Made by a program: the position numbers and the translations under genes. The notes under the pieces were generated by a model that saw only the letters and a list, made by a program, of their open reading frames with translations, searched no databases and was not told the DNA's origin. DNA of 64,000 nt, taken from contig JBKAGE010000034.1 in the NCBI GenBank assembly GCA_046290225.1, forward strand, positions 32,001 to 96,000, given 5' to 3'. This stretch comes from Bradymonadia bacterium. GTDB taxonomy: Bacteria > Myxococcota_A > Bradymonadia > UBA7976 > UBA1532. Positions 18,003 to 26,918 of the stretch are shown piece by piece (the first letter of the stretch is position 1; every line of letters begins with the position of its first letter).

Positions 18003-18070
18003 GGCTCGATCCTCGTAGGCCTGAGACACCGACGAAGCCGCGCACGAGCCGAGCGCGGTCAAGAGAGCGC

Positions 18071-19066
18071 TCAGCCCTTGTCGCGACCCAGGCGGGCCAC
18101 CAGGGCAGTGAACAAGAAACCCCCGACCAACAACCCGAGGGCACCGAGCATCTGAGTGGTCTCGGGGCTGTAATATTCGGTCGGGTACTTCGAGGGGTCC
18201 AGTTTGGCCAGAGTTTCGGCGGTGAGCACCTTGCCTTTGAAGGTCTCCCCCACGGCAGGGGCCACCCCCTGTTGGAACGGCCACAGCCCCGCCACAGCGC
18301 CGACGAGCAACCCCAGCAAGACGCCGAGCGTGGGGCGCTCAGCGCGCTCCAGAAGGCGCTTGAGGATGTTGGAGACCACCACCACGCCGATGACCACGCC
18401 GAGGCCCACAGGGAGCACCACGTCGAGGCCCACCTGCATCACGAGATCCATGTCCTTGGCCTTGAGGCCATCCTTGAGGGCGGCGATGCCGTCGAGGATC
18501 GGCACGTACACCCCCATGAGCAGCAACATGTAGCCACCGGAGATGCCCGGCAGGATCATGGCGCTGGCCCCGACCACGCCGGCGAGGAACATCATCAAGA
18601 AGCCGGATTGAGCCGCGGCGTCGGGATTGCTGCCCTGGGCGAGGGCGAGGCCCACCATGGCGGCGCAGCCCACAGCGGCGGCGATCCAGACGCCGTTGGT
18701 GGCCTTGTCGATCATGCCCCAGACCACCGGCACCCCGCCGAGGGTGAGGCCGATGAAGAGCGAGTACATGGCCCACCGGTGACTCACCACCAGATCCTTC
18801 ACCGGACCTGCGAGCAACAAGATGGCCCCCGCAGCGGCAAAGCCCACGGCCCCGAGCAGGATGATGGAGTGCTTCCTGAACTTGAGGGTGGTGAGCTCAG
18901 CGATGGCGTTGATGAACCGGTGGTACACCCCGGCGGCGACGAGCATGGTGCCGCCGCTGATGCCGGGGACGAGGTTGGCGAGGCCCATGAGCAGGCCCCC
19001 CACGAGGCCCCGGAAGACCAGCAAGGGGGTGGGCACGGCGGCGGATTCGTTGGGTCGAGTGTTCAC
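18071..19066 (-). CDS. DUF368 family membrane protein (putative undecaprenyl-phosphate translocase)
   Basis: Two re-entrant repeats MGLANLVPGISGGT and AMILPGISGG, plus multiple TM segments. Confidence 0.88.
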   Translation of the reverse strand: MNTRPNESAAVPTPLLVFRGLVGGLLMGLANLVPGISGGTMLVAAGVYHRFINAIAELTTLKFRKHSIILLGAVGFAAAGAILLLAGPVKDLVVSHRWAMYSLFIGLTLGGVPVVWGMIDKATNGVWIAAAVGCAAMVGLALAQGSNPDAAAQSGFLMMFLAGVVGASAMILPGISGGYMLLLMGVYVPILDGIAALKDGLKAKDMDLVMQVGLDVVLPVGLGVVIGVVVVSNILKRLLERAERPTLGVLLGLLVGAVAGLWPFQQGVAPAVGETFKGKVLTAETLAKLDPSKYPTEYYSPETTQMLGALGLLVGGFLFTALVARLGRDKG

Positions 19067-19099
19067 AGCTGATCCTCTCGGGGCGGCGTGCGGCGCGAC

Positions 19100-19879
19100 T
19101 CAGCCACGGTTGAAGCCGGGCAGGTCGACGGCGGAGAAGCCCTTGAGCTGTTGCTCGTCGGTGAGATCGAGGGTGAGTGGAGTGATGGTGGCGAGGCCCT
19201 CTTCCACGGCGTCACAGTCGCTGCCAGGCTTGCCGTGGAACCCGAGGAAGTCGGCGCCGATCCAGTAGTAGGGTCGATGGCGCGGATCGGTGGCCTCGGT
19301 CACTGTAGGCCCGTAGTCACGGATGCCCGCCCGGGTCCAGCGATACTGAGCCACGGGGGCGCCGTCGGTGTCGGGCACGTTGACGTTGAGCAGCGTGCGC
19401 GGGGCGAGTCCGCGCTGCAGGACCATCTGGGCCACGGCGACGGCAAACTCCGCCGCTGGCGCAAAATCTTTGGGGCGATGGGCCGCGAGGCTCACAGCCA
19501 TCGAGGAGATGCCCGCGTGGGCGCCCTCCATGGCCCCACCTACGGTGCCCGAGTACAACACGTCGTCGGCGAGGTTGGGCCCATGGTTGATGCCGCTCAC
19601 CACGAGGTCGGGCTTGCGCGGCAGCAACTGGTAGAGCCCGAGGTAGACGCAGTCGGTGGGGGTGCCATCGACGGCCCAGCGGGCGGCCTCCTTGCCCTTG
19701 GGAGATCTGGAGCGGGCTCTCAATGGCGTATCGAGGCTGATGGCGTGTCCGATGCCCGATCGATCGCGATCAGGGGCCACCACCATGACGTCACCGATGT
19801 GTGTGAGGGCTTGGGCAAGGGCGTGGATGCCCCGCGCCTCGATCCCGTCGTCGTTGGTGACCAGGATCAATGGGGACAC
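19100..19879 (-). CDS. surE: 5'/3'-nucleotidase SurE
   Basis: ILVTNDDG, VDGTPTDCV, SGINHGPN, YSGTVGGAMEG; GTG start at 19879 with GGAGG upstream. Confidence 0.93.
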   Translation of the reverse strand: MSPLILVTNDDGIEARGIHALAQALTHIGDVMVVAPDRDRSGIGHAISLDTPLRARSRSPKGKEAARWAVDGTPTDCVYLGLYQLLPRKPDLVVSGINHGPNLADDVLYSGTVGGAMEGAHAGISSMAVSLAAHRPKDFAPAAEFAVAVAQMVLQRGLAPRTLLNVNVPDTDGAPVAQYRWTRAGIRDYGPTVTEATDPRHRPYYWIGADFLGFHGKPGSDCDAVEEGLATITPLTLDLTDEQQLKGFSAVDLPGFNRG

Positions 19880-19931
19880 GGTTGACCTCCACTGGATGGG
19901 CCTGCTGCAACACGGCGCAGCGAGCAGATAC

Positions 19932-19966
19932 AAAAAAGGCCGCGAGGCGTATGCCTCGCGGCCTTC
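19932..19966 (-). terminator. Terminator-like hairpin after tRNA-Pro
   Basis: Stem AAGGCCGCGAGGC/GCCTCGCGGCCTT followed by a T-run on the minus strand. Confidence 0.8.
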
Positions 19967-19968
19967 TG

Positions 19969-20042
19969 TCGGGGTGAGAGGATTTGAACCTCCGACCACT
20001 TGCACCCCATGCAAGTGCGCTACCAGACTGCGCTACACCCCG
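19969..20042 (-). tRNA. tRNA-Pro(GGG)
   Basis: CGGGGTGTAGCGCAGTCTGGTAGCGCA-CTTGC AT GGG GT GCAAG-TGGTCGGAGGTTCAAATCCTCTCACCCCGA. Confidence 0.95.
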
Positions 20043-20055
20043 TAACGCGGTGCGG

Positions 20056-20084
20056 AATCTAAGGGTGACGCTCTCTGGTGTCAA
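20056..20084 (-). promoter_or_regulatory. sigma70-type promoter of tRNA-Pro
   Basis: TTGACA-17 bp-TAGATT just upstream of the tRNA. Confidence 0.7.
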
Positions 20085-20100
20085 CCATGATTGTCGTTTT

Positions 20101-20640
20101 TTATTCTTCAGGCTCGGAAAGCCGCATGGCCAGGCCGTTCAGCTGACCCTTCAGGTGAGCCGCCCAGGTCTTGCGAAGGGCCTCCGAAGCCCTCAGTCGG
20201 GTCCGCCAGAAGTGGGCCTCTTCTTCAGCGGCTTCGAGATCTCGACTGGCTCGGGCGAGATCGCTGCGGGACTGCTCGAGCATGCGCTCGAGCTCGGCGA
20301 TGCGATCTTCTGCAGCGCTCAAGCTCACCACCGCCTCGGCAGGACGAGCGGCGAGGGCTGCCTCGATGGCCTCCTCGCCTTCGGCAAGGAGTGCTCGGGC
20401 ACCGGCAATGGTGTACTTGCGTTCGTGGAGCAGGCTGCGAATGCGCCTGAGCGTGATGACGTCGTTGCGGCTGTAGATGCGGTGGCCGTTGACCCCTTTT
20501 CGGGGCCTGAGCTGGCTGAATTCGCTCTCCCAGAAGCGCAGCACGTAGGGCTTGACGCCTACGAGCTTGCTCACCTCCCCGATCTTAAACTGGAGCTTCT
20601 CGGGGATGGGCTGTTCTAGAGGATTGCGGCCAGACGCCAT
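20101..20640 (-). CDS. MerR-family transcriptional regulator with coiled-coil C-terminus
   Basis: FKIGEVSKLVGVKPYVLRFWESEF...R.Y..YTIAGAR; conserved position after ihfA. Confidence 0.88.
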   Translation of the reverse strand: MASGRNPLEQPIPEKLQFKIGEVSKLVGVKPYVLRFWESEFSQLRPRKGVNGHRIYSRNDVITLRRIRSLLHERKYTIAGARALLAEGEEAIEAALAARPAEAVVSLSAAEDRIAELERMLEQSRSDLARASRDLEAAEEEAHFWRTRLRASEALRKTWAAHLKGQLNGLAMRLSEPEE

Positions 20641-20659
20641 AAGTGAGGTAGGCCGTTGC

Positions 20660-20938
20660 TCAGGTGTTGATGATGTTCTTGAGCACCTGACTGGGCTTGA
20701 AGGTCAACACCTTCCGGGGGGCGATGGTGATCTCCTGCCCGGTTTGGGGGTTGCGGCCGGTGCGCTCTTTTTTCTGGCGCACGACAAAGTTGCCAAAACC
20801 GCTGATCTTGATCTTCTCGCCTTTTTCGAGAGTGCCTTTGATGGTCTCGAAGACGAATTCAACGATCTCCGCAGCCTCTTTCTTCGAGAAGCCACCGAGG
20901 TTCTGGTACACCTGCTCGACGATGTCCGCCTTGGTCAT
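20660..20938 (-). CDS. ihfA: Integration host factor subunit alpha
   Basis: MTKADIVE, KISGFGNF, GRNPQTG, TFKPS; follows pheT. Confidence 0.93.
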   Translation of the reverse strand: MTKADIVEQVYQNLGGFSKKEAAEIVEFVFETIKGTLEKGEKIKISGFGNFVVRQKKERTGRNPQTGQEITIAPRKVLTFKPSQVLKNIINT

Positions 20939-20988
20939 GACGCCTTTTAATGGTCAATCTCGAACAACGCTGATCGGCGACTGAGGTC

Positions 20989-23427
20989 TCACCTCAGTTT
21001 CGCCCCCACCGTCTGCCCGAGGTGTGAAAGCAACTGCTCTTTTGTGCTCTGGATGTCAGTCTCCGTCAGCGTTCGACCAATGGCTCGGAAGGTGATGGAA
21101 ATCGCCACGCTCCGGTTGCCTTCGCCAACCGCTGAACCTTCGTATACGTCAAAGATCTCAGCGCTGTCAACGACCTCTATGGCCAATTCCTCAATGGCTG
21201 CCAGCACTTGGCCAGCGGCGACCTCCGCGGGGATCACCAGGGCCAGATCGCGGGTGGCGCTGGGGAAGGTGGAGAAGGCCTTGAACTGGCGCTGGGAGAC
21301 CTCACCAAGCAGGGGCTTGAGGCGCAGCTCGGCGAGCCACAGCGGCCCCGGCAAATCGAGATCGAGGCCCGGCTTGCTGAGGGTGCGCACGAGACCGGGG
21401 TGCAGCTGACCCACGTGGCCCACATGTGCCCCGTTCATGGAGAGCGCCACCGTGGCCCCTGGATGCAGCCAGGTCGGCGCATCGGCGGTCGTGGCCTCAG
21501 GCGCTGGCAAACCCAGCACCGTCCAGAGGTCTTCGACGAGGCCCTTGAGATCGTAGAAGTCGGCCTTCTGGCGACCCTCGCCCCAGAACAGCGGACGATC
21601 TCCACCGAGCACGATGCCGAGGCGAGGCTCCTCCCTGGGCAGATCTTCACCTGCCTGGGGCAGGAAGACCTTGCCCAGCTCGAAGAGGGCCACGCTCCGG
21701 GCGCCGTGACGCAGGTTGTGAGCAGCGGCCATGACCAGGCGCGGCGCCAGGAGCCGCCGCATGACCGCCAGCTCCTCGCTGATGGGGTTGAGCAGCTTCA
21801 GATGACCAGGGCCGTCGAAGGCCTCGCCGATGACCTGGTTGTGGAAGCTGAAGCCGATGGTCTGGTGGTAGCCGCGGCTCGTGAGGAAGCCACGCAGGCG
21901 GCGCTCGCGCTCCAGAGTCTGACGCGTCTGCGAGGTGGCCAGGGCGGTGTCGGCGTCGGCGCTGGGCATCTTGCCCTCGATGGCGTCGTAGCCCACGAAG
22001 CGGACCACTTCTTCCACGAGATCGGCGGGCTCGGCCACATCAGAACGCCACGTGGGGGCCGTGACCTGCCACGACTCGGCGCCCTCGTCGACGTCGAAGC
22101 CGAAGGCGGTCAACGCCTGCTTCTGTTGCTCGGCGGGGAACTTCACTCCCACGCGGCGATCGCTGTCGGCGGGCGAGTAGCCCACCGTCACTCGGGGGAT
22201 CTCTCGCGCCACGGTCTCGGTCACCGCGTCGACCACGACGGGGCTGGTGCCCGGCGCAGACAGCTCACAGAACAGCTTCGCGGCGCGATCGGCGGCGAAC
22301 CGGCAGCCAGTGGAATCAACGCTCCGCTCGAAGCGCTTGCTGGACTCGCTGCCGAGGCCCACGCGCTTGGAGGTCATCCGGATGGTCTTGGGCTGGAACC
22401 ACGCCGACTCGAGGAACACCTCGGTGGTCTCGTCAGAGACCTCGCTGGTCTGGCCGCCCATGACCCCGGCGAGGGCCACGGGCCCCTCAGCATCACAGAT
22501 GACAAGATCGTCCGCGGTGAGCGTGCGCTCCACGTCATCGAGGGTGGTCAGCCGCTCGCCGGCCTCGGCGGTGCGCACGTGGATCGACGGCCCGCGCAGC
22601 GTATGCAGGTCGAAGGCGTGCAGGGGCTGGCCGAGTTCGAAGAGCACGAAGTTGGTCACGTCCACGAGGTTGTTGATCGAGCGCACGCCCACAGCCTCGA
22701 GCAGCCGCCGCATCCAGAACGGACTCGGCGCCACCCCGAGGCCCCGGATCACCCTGCCGATGTACTGAGCGCATCGCTGGGCGTCGGCGATGGAGACAGG
22801 CACCGCAGGCCCCTCCCCCACCGCTGGAAGCTCGATGGAGGGCATCTTCAGCGGCGCACCAGAGATGGCCGCGAGCTCTCGGGCGATGCCCACGTGACTC
22901 AGGCAGTCGCCTCGGTTGGCGGTGACGCCCACGTCGAGGATGGTGTCTTCGATGGGCAGGGCGTCCACTAGGGCTTGACCGGCCACAAGGCCGCTGTCGA
23001 GCTCGGCGATGCCTGCACGCACATCAGAGAGCCCAATCTCGTCTTCACCGCAGAGCATGCCTGGGCTGAGTACGTCCCGCACCGGCCGTGCGGCGATCTC
23101 GAAGGTCTTGGGCGTGCCCGTCTTGGGATCAGGCAGCCGAGATCCCACCTGAGCAAAGGCCACGGTGAGGCCCGCGCGACAGTTGGGCGCACCACAGACG
23201 ATGTCGAGGGTTTCGCTGCCGGCGTCCACGTGGGCGATCTTGAGCTTGTCCGAGTTTGGGTGGGCCCGGGTCTCCAGGACCTTGGCCACGATGACCCCGT
23301 CGAAGGTGGCCTTGAGCGGGTCGATCCCATCGACCTCGGTGCCCGAGAGGGTGAGGCGCTCGGCGATCTGCTCAGCGCTCCAGTCCACATCTACATAACG
23401 GCGCAGCCAGTTGAGGCTGATCTTCAT
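20989..23427 (-). CDS. pheT: Phenylalanine-tRNA ligase beta subunit
   Basis: MKISLNWLR, HPNSDKL, NRGDCLS, GQPLHAFD, C-terminal FDX-ACB (RDLA, FDVY, RTLT). Confidence 0.97.
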   Translation of the reverse strand: MKISLNWLRRYVDVDWSAEQIAERLTLSGTEVDGIDPLKATFDGVIVAKVLETRAHPNSDKLKIAHVDAGSETLDIVCGAPNCRAGLTVAFAQVGSRLPDPKTGTPKTFEIAARPVRDVLSPGMLCGEDEIGLSDVRAGIAELDSGLVAGQALVDALPIEDTILDVGVTANRGDCLSHVGIARELAAISGAPLKMPSIELPAVGEGPAVPVSIADAQRCAQYIGRVIRGLGVAPSPFWMRRLLEAVGVRSINNLVDVTNFVLFELGQPLHAFDLHTLRGPSIHVRTAEAGERLTTLDDVERTLTADDLVICDAEGPVALAGVMGGQTSEVSDETTEVFLESAWFQPKTIRMTSKRVGLGSESSKRFERSVDSTGCRFAADRAAKLFCELSAPGTSPVVVDAVTETVAREIPRVTVGYSPADSDRRVGVKFPAEQQKQALTAFGFDVDEGAESWQVTAPTWRSDVAEPADLVEEVVRFVGYDAIEGKMPSADADTALATSQTRQTLERERRLRGFLTSRGYHQTIGFSFHNQVIGEAFDGPGHLKLLNPISEELAVMRRLLAPRLVMAAAHNLRHGARSVALFELGKVFLPQAGEDLPREEPRLGIVLGGDRPLFWGEGRQKADFYDLKGLVEDLWTVLGLPAPEATTADAPTWLHPGATVALSMNGAHVGHVGQLHPGLVRTLSKPGLDLDLPGPLWLAELRLKPLLGEVSQRQFKAFSTFPSATRDLALVIPAEVAAGQVLAAIEELAIEVVDSAEIFDVYEGSAVGEGNRSVAISITFRAIGRTLTETDIQSTKEQLLSHLGQTVGAKLR

Positions 23428-23461
23428 GTCGACTTCTCCGTGAGTGTGTCGGGCGTTGAGT

Positions 23462-24502
23462 TCAGACGAACTGCTTGTGGAACCGCAGATCGCCGCGGAA
23501 CAGGTTGTCGATGCCGGTGATGCCGTAGCGGATCATGGCGAGGCGCTCGACGCCGAGGCCGAAGGCGAAGCCCTGCACCTCGTTGGGATCGTAGCCCACG
23601 TTCCGCAGCACCTGGGGGTGCACCATGCCGGAGCCGAGGACCTCCATCCACTCCCCGCGATCGGGGTTCCAGACATCCACCTCGACGCTGGGCTCGGTGA
23701 AGGGGAAGTAGCTCGGGCGGAACCGCACAGGCTTGTCTTCGCCAAAGAGCCGGTGCAGGAAGGCGGTGAGCACCCCCTTGAGATCGGCCAGGGTGGTGTC
23801 GGTGTCGATCCACAGGCCCTCGATCTGATGGAACATGGGGCTGTGAGTGGCGTCGGAGTCGCACCGGAACACCCGACCGGGGGCGATGATGCGCACCGGG
23901 GGCTTCTGCTTCTCCATGGTGCGGATCTGCACTGGGCTGGTCTGCGTGCGCAGGACCCTCCGGCCGGACAGATAGAACGTGTCCTGCATGTCCCGCGCGG
24001 GGTGCTCTTCGGGCATGTTGAGCAGGTCGAAGTTGTACCGCTCGTGCTCCAGCTCCGGGCCGTCGGCGATGTCGAAGCCCAAGGCCATGAAGGCGTCGAT
24101 GAGCTCGTCCATCACCGCCTGGATGGGGTGAATGGCCCCTTGGAACGTGCGCCGACCGGGCAGAGAGACGTCGATGGCCCCTGCCTGGAGCGCTGCGTCG
24201 ATGCTCGCCTGCTCCAGACGCTCGGCGGCCTCGGCGAAGAGGCCCTCGACGGTCTGCTTGGCTTCGTTGATGAACTGGCCCGCTTGTGGGCGGCTGCTCT
24301 TGTCGAGCTTGCCCAACATGCGCATCACCTGCCCAAAGGCCCCCTTGCGGCCGAGGAACTTTGCCCGGGCCTCGGGAAGATCAACCTCACGGGCCACGGC
24401 GGCGGCGACGCCACGGGCCTCTTCGGTCAGGCGAGACAGCTCGCCCTGCAGGGCAGCCATCGGATCATCAGCGGGTGATGTGGAGGACGGAGTGTCGCTC
24501 AT
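23462..24502 (-). CDS. pheS: Phenylalanine-tRNA ligase alpha subunit
   Basis: HPARDMQDTF, LRTQTSPVQ, FRPSYFPFTEPS, GFAFGLGVERLAM. Start placed at ATG 24502. Confidence 0.97.
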   Translation of the reverse strand: MSDTPSSTSPADDPMAALQGELSRLTEEARGVAAAVAREVDLPEARAKFLGRKGAFGQVMRMLGKLDKSSRPQAGQFINEAKQTVEGLFAEAAERLEQASIDAALQAGAIDVSLPGRRTFQGAIHPIQAVMDELIDAFMALGFDIADGPELEHERYNFDLLNMPEEHPARDMQDTFYLSGRRVLRTQTSPVQIRTMEKQKPPVRIIAPGRVFRCDSDATHSPMFHQIEGLWIDTDTTLADLKGVLTAFLHRLFGEDKPVRFRPSYFPFTEPSVEVDVWNPDRGEWMEVLGSGMVHPQVLRNVGYDPNEVQGFAFGLGVERLAMIRYGITGIDNLFRGDLRFHKQFV

Positions 24503-24601
24503 GAGAGCCCCATCTTCGGCGTGTGTACGCCGGGCCGGGCCCATGGAGGCCGGCCGGGATTGAGACTCTCATCGCTCTCGGGCCGACGCCCTGGGCGGGT
24601 A

Positions 24602-24958
24602 TCAGTTCAGCGCAGCTCGGGCGGTGCTCACCACCTCAGCAAAGGCGTTGGGATCGGCGATGGCCAGCTCGGCGAGGACCTTGCGGTCCAGCTCGACGTT
24701 GGCCTTGGTGAGGCCACCGATGAGGCGGCTGTAGCTCATGCCCTGCTGACGAGCAGCGGCGTTGATGCGCACGATCCAGAGACGGCGGTAGGCCCGCTTG
24801 CGCTGCTTGCGATCGCGGTAGGCGTACACGAGCCCACGCTCGACGGCCTCGACGGCGGAGCGGAAGAGCTTGCTGTGCGCACCCCGGTAGCCCTTGGCGA
24901 GCTTGAGGACGCGGTTACGACGACGCCGGGCTTTAAATCCGCGCTTGACGCGTGACAT
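24602..24958 (-). CDS. rplT: 50S ribosomal protein L20
   Basis: [38 protein letters not shown]. Confidence 0.98.
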   Translation of the reverse strand: MSRVKRGFKARRRRNRVLKLAKGYRGAHSKLFRSAVEAVERGLVYAYRDRKQRKRAYRRLWIVRINAAARQQGMSYSRLIGGLTKANVELDRKVLAELAIADPNAFAEVVSTARAALN

Positions 24959-25095
24959 GGCAAATACCTCTCAATGTGCCTCTGACACGCCCTCGGGTTG
25001 TCACCCCGAGTGTTGGCCGCGCCCAGAGGGGGTCATAAAAAATTGAACTCAGACGAGCGTTTCAGAGCCTGAGGCTCTGATGAATCAACACTGAT

Positions 25096-25299
25096 TCAGG
25101 GCGTGCCGTAGGGCAGCAGCTGCTTCACGAGGTTGGCGTCGCCCTTGTTGAGGGTGCCGCCACCGCGCAGCTGACGCTTACGCTTGGTGCTCATCTTGGT
25201 CAGGATGTGGCGCTTGTTGGCACGGTTGAAGCGGACCTTGCCGCTCTTGCTCACCTTGAACCGCTTCCGGGCGCCCCGGTTGGTCTTCATCTTCGGCAT
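25096..25299 (-). CDS. rpmI: 50S ribosomal protein L35
   Basis: MPKMKTNRGARKRF...HILTK...LLPY; GGAGG upstream. Confidence 0.97.
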   Translation of the reverse strand: MPKMKTNRGARKRFKVSKSGKVRFNRANKRHILTKMSTKRKRQLRGGGTLNKGDANLVKQLLPYGTP

Positions 25300-25366
25300 G
25301 AAACCAGCCTCCGGCACCCCACCGGGCCTTCGACGAGGTCGACGACCAGGCTGTGCCATACGGGTG

Positions 25367-25400
25367 AAACACAAACGCCCGTCGGAAGGACGGGCGCTTG
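25367..25400 (-). terminator. Terminator-like hairpin between tRNA-Val and rpmI
   Basis: CGCCCGTC-CTTCC-GACGGGCG followed by TTTGTGTTT. Confidence 0.55.
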
Positions 25401-25416
25401 AAGGATGTCAATCTAG

Positions 25417-25488
25417 TAGACGCGGGCGGGATTGAACCGCCGACCCCTTCCACGTCAAGGAAGTGCTCTCCCACTGAGCTACGCGTCT
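25417..25488 (-). tRNA. tRNA-Val(GAC)
   Basis: AGACGCGTAGCTCAGTGGGAGAGCA-CTTCC TT GAC GT GGAAG-GGGTCGGCGGTTCAATCCCGCCCGCGTCTA. Confidence 0.95.
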
Positions 25489-25502
25489 GTGAAGCGGAGC
25501 GG

Positions 25503-25531
25503 TTTCTACCAACGACCTCTGAGAGAGTCAA
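25503..25531 (-). promoter_or_regulatory. sigma70-type promoter of tRNA-Val and the rpmI operon
   Basis: TTGACT-17 bp-TAGAAA, preceded by an AT-rich UP-like tract. Confidence 0.65.
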
Positions 25532-25616
25532 GCAGTTTTGAAAAATCTCTTCGATGTTGTGCTCGCTGGCCCTGCCGACTTGCGCCTCCCCTGCCCTTCG
25601 GGCCACCCTGTCCCCC

Positions 25617-26060
25617 ATGAGCGGTGGCCCCCACACACGCAGATTTCAGTCCGCCGTCGAGGCGCTCTCTGCCCTCGTGGCAGAGCTGCCTGGTCAGGGC
25701 AACAAGCCCCTCGACACCCTCAAGCTGAAGTGGGTGGCCCTCTGCGGTCAGCCTCTCGGGCACTTCACCGAGCCCACAGCCATGGCCGGCGAGGTGCTCA
25801 CGGTGGTGGCCCGCGGGCCACACTGGAAGCAAGCCTTGGAGGAGCAGGCGGGACAGGTGCTCTCCCGAGTGAGGGCCGTGGCCCCCGAGATCAGGTGGAT
25901 CCGGATCCGCGCCGGGGCCCCCAAGGTGGTCCGGGTCACCCCGAAGCCCGTGGTGGAGCCCGACCCCCGGAACGCCGACATAGAGGAAGATGACCTGCGC
26001 GACGCCCTCGACGCCCTGTGCGCCGCGGTGACGCGCCGCAAACGAGAGGACGAGGCATGA
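25617..26060 (+). CDS. DUF721/DciA family protein
   Basis: LKWVALCGQPLGHFTEP...GEVLTVVARGPHWKQAL pattern with a basic tail; start placed at ATG 25617. Confidence 0.7.
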   Translation: MSGGPHTRRFQSAVEALSALVAELPGQGNKPLDTLKLKWVALCGQPLGHFTEPTAMAGEVLTVVARGPHWKQALEEQAGQVLSRVRAVAPEIRWIRIRAGAPKVVRVTPKPVVEPDPRNADIEEDDLRDALDALCAAVTRRKREDEA

Positions 26061-26896
26061 TCGGTCGATGCCTGACCGCGGCGCTCCTGCTCACGCTGGG
26101 GGCGGTCTCAGCTCAGGGCGGGACCGCCGCAGAAGAGCCACCCACAACCGATCTGTACACATTGCTCGGCCAGTGCCCTCATCTGGCCCTCGTGACCCCG
26201 AGCGCCCCCAACGGCCAGGGCACCATGGCCGGCGCCGTGGTGCACGATCTCACAGGCAGCTGGCCCGAGCTGATCACCTTCAAGGGGCGAGCCCTCGACC
26301 TCGAAGAAGGCGACCTGGCCCTCGCGGTGGCCTGCACCCCAGAGCCCCCTGCAGCCGGTCGACCCACGGTCCTCGGTGGCCCGATCCTCAAGGTGCGTCG
26401 CGGCCTCGTGCGGCCCGCCATCACGTTCCTCGAAGACTGGCAGTCAGAGCTCAAGACGGCCCCCACGGCGCAGCTGGACGCCTGGCTCAGCCACCTGACG
26501 CACCCCTGGGCCCCCGCCCGAGAGGTGGCCTTTCGGGCCCTCATGGCCCACCGACGGGCCCTCAAGGGCAGGCTGATGGATGGTCAGATGGACGCCCTCG
26601 GCGAGATGCTGGTGGCCCCGGAGCGCCCTGCAGGCGCGGGCCCTCAGATCATCCGAGTGCTCGGGGCCCTCACAGGTCAGGAGGGCGCCAACATGCTCGC
26701 GGCGAAACTGCCCTACATTCAGGGTCGCCGGGCCCAGCACGAGGCGGTCCGCATGCTGGCCCGATACCCGTCCCCCATGGGCCGGAGGGCCTTGGATCGG
26801 TGTCTCAAGACCGGAGGCTCCGTGCTGGCAGCGCATTGTCGGCGGGCGTTGTTGAAGATGCCCGGGGGGGCCGGGCCCAAGGGGGCGGGTCGCTGA
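26057..26896 (+). CDS. Exported hypothetical protein with HEAT-like helical C-terminus
   Basis: ATGA overlap with the previous stop; signal peptide; helical repeats (AREVAFRAL, EAVRMLA). Confidence 0.55.
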   Translation: MIGRCLTAALLLTLGAVSAQGGTAAEEPPTTDLYTLLGQCPHLALVTPSAPNGQGTMAGAVVHDLTGSWPELITFKGRALDLEEGDLALAVACTPEPPAAGRPTVLGGPILKVRRGLVRPAITFLEDWQSELKTAPTAQLDAWLSHLTHPWAPAREVAFRALMAHRRALKGRLMDGQMDALGEMLVAPERPAGAGPQIIRVLGALTGQEGANMLAAKLPYIQGRRAQHEAVRMLARYPSPMGRRALDRCLKTGGSVLAAHCRRALLKMPGGAGPKGAGR

Positions 26897-26918
26897 GCGC
26901 GGGCGCCCAGAGGACCTC

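Noticed and set aside
19880..20014. N-terminal ORF extensions of surE (to 20014), rpmI (to 25374), PP2C (to 35285) and the M23 protein (to 18284)
   Set aside because: They run into a tRNA, leader hairpins or upstream genes; internal starts fit family homology better.
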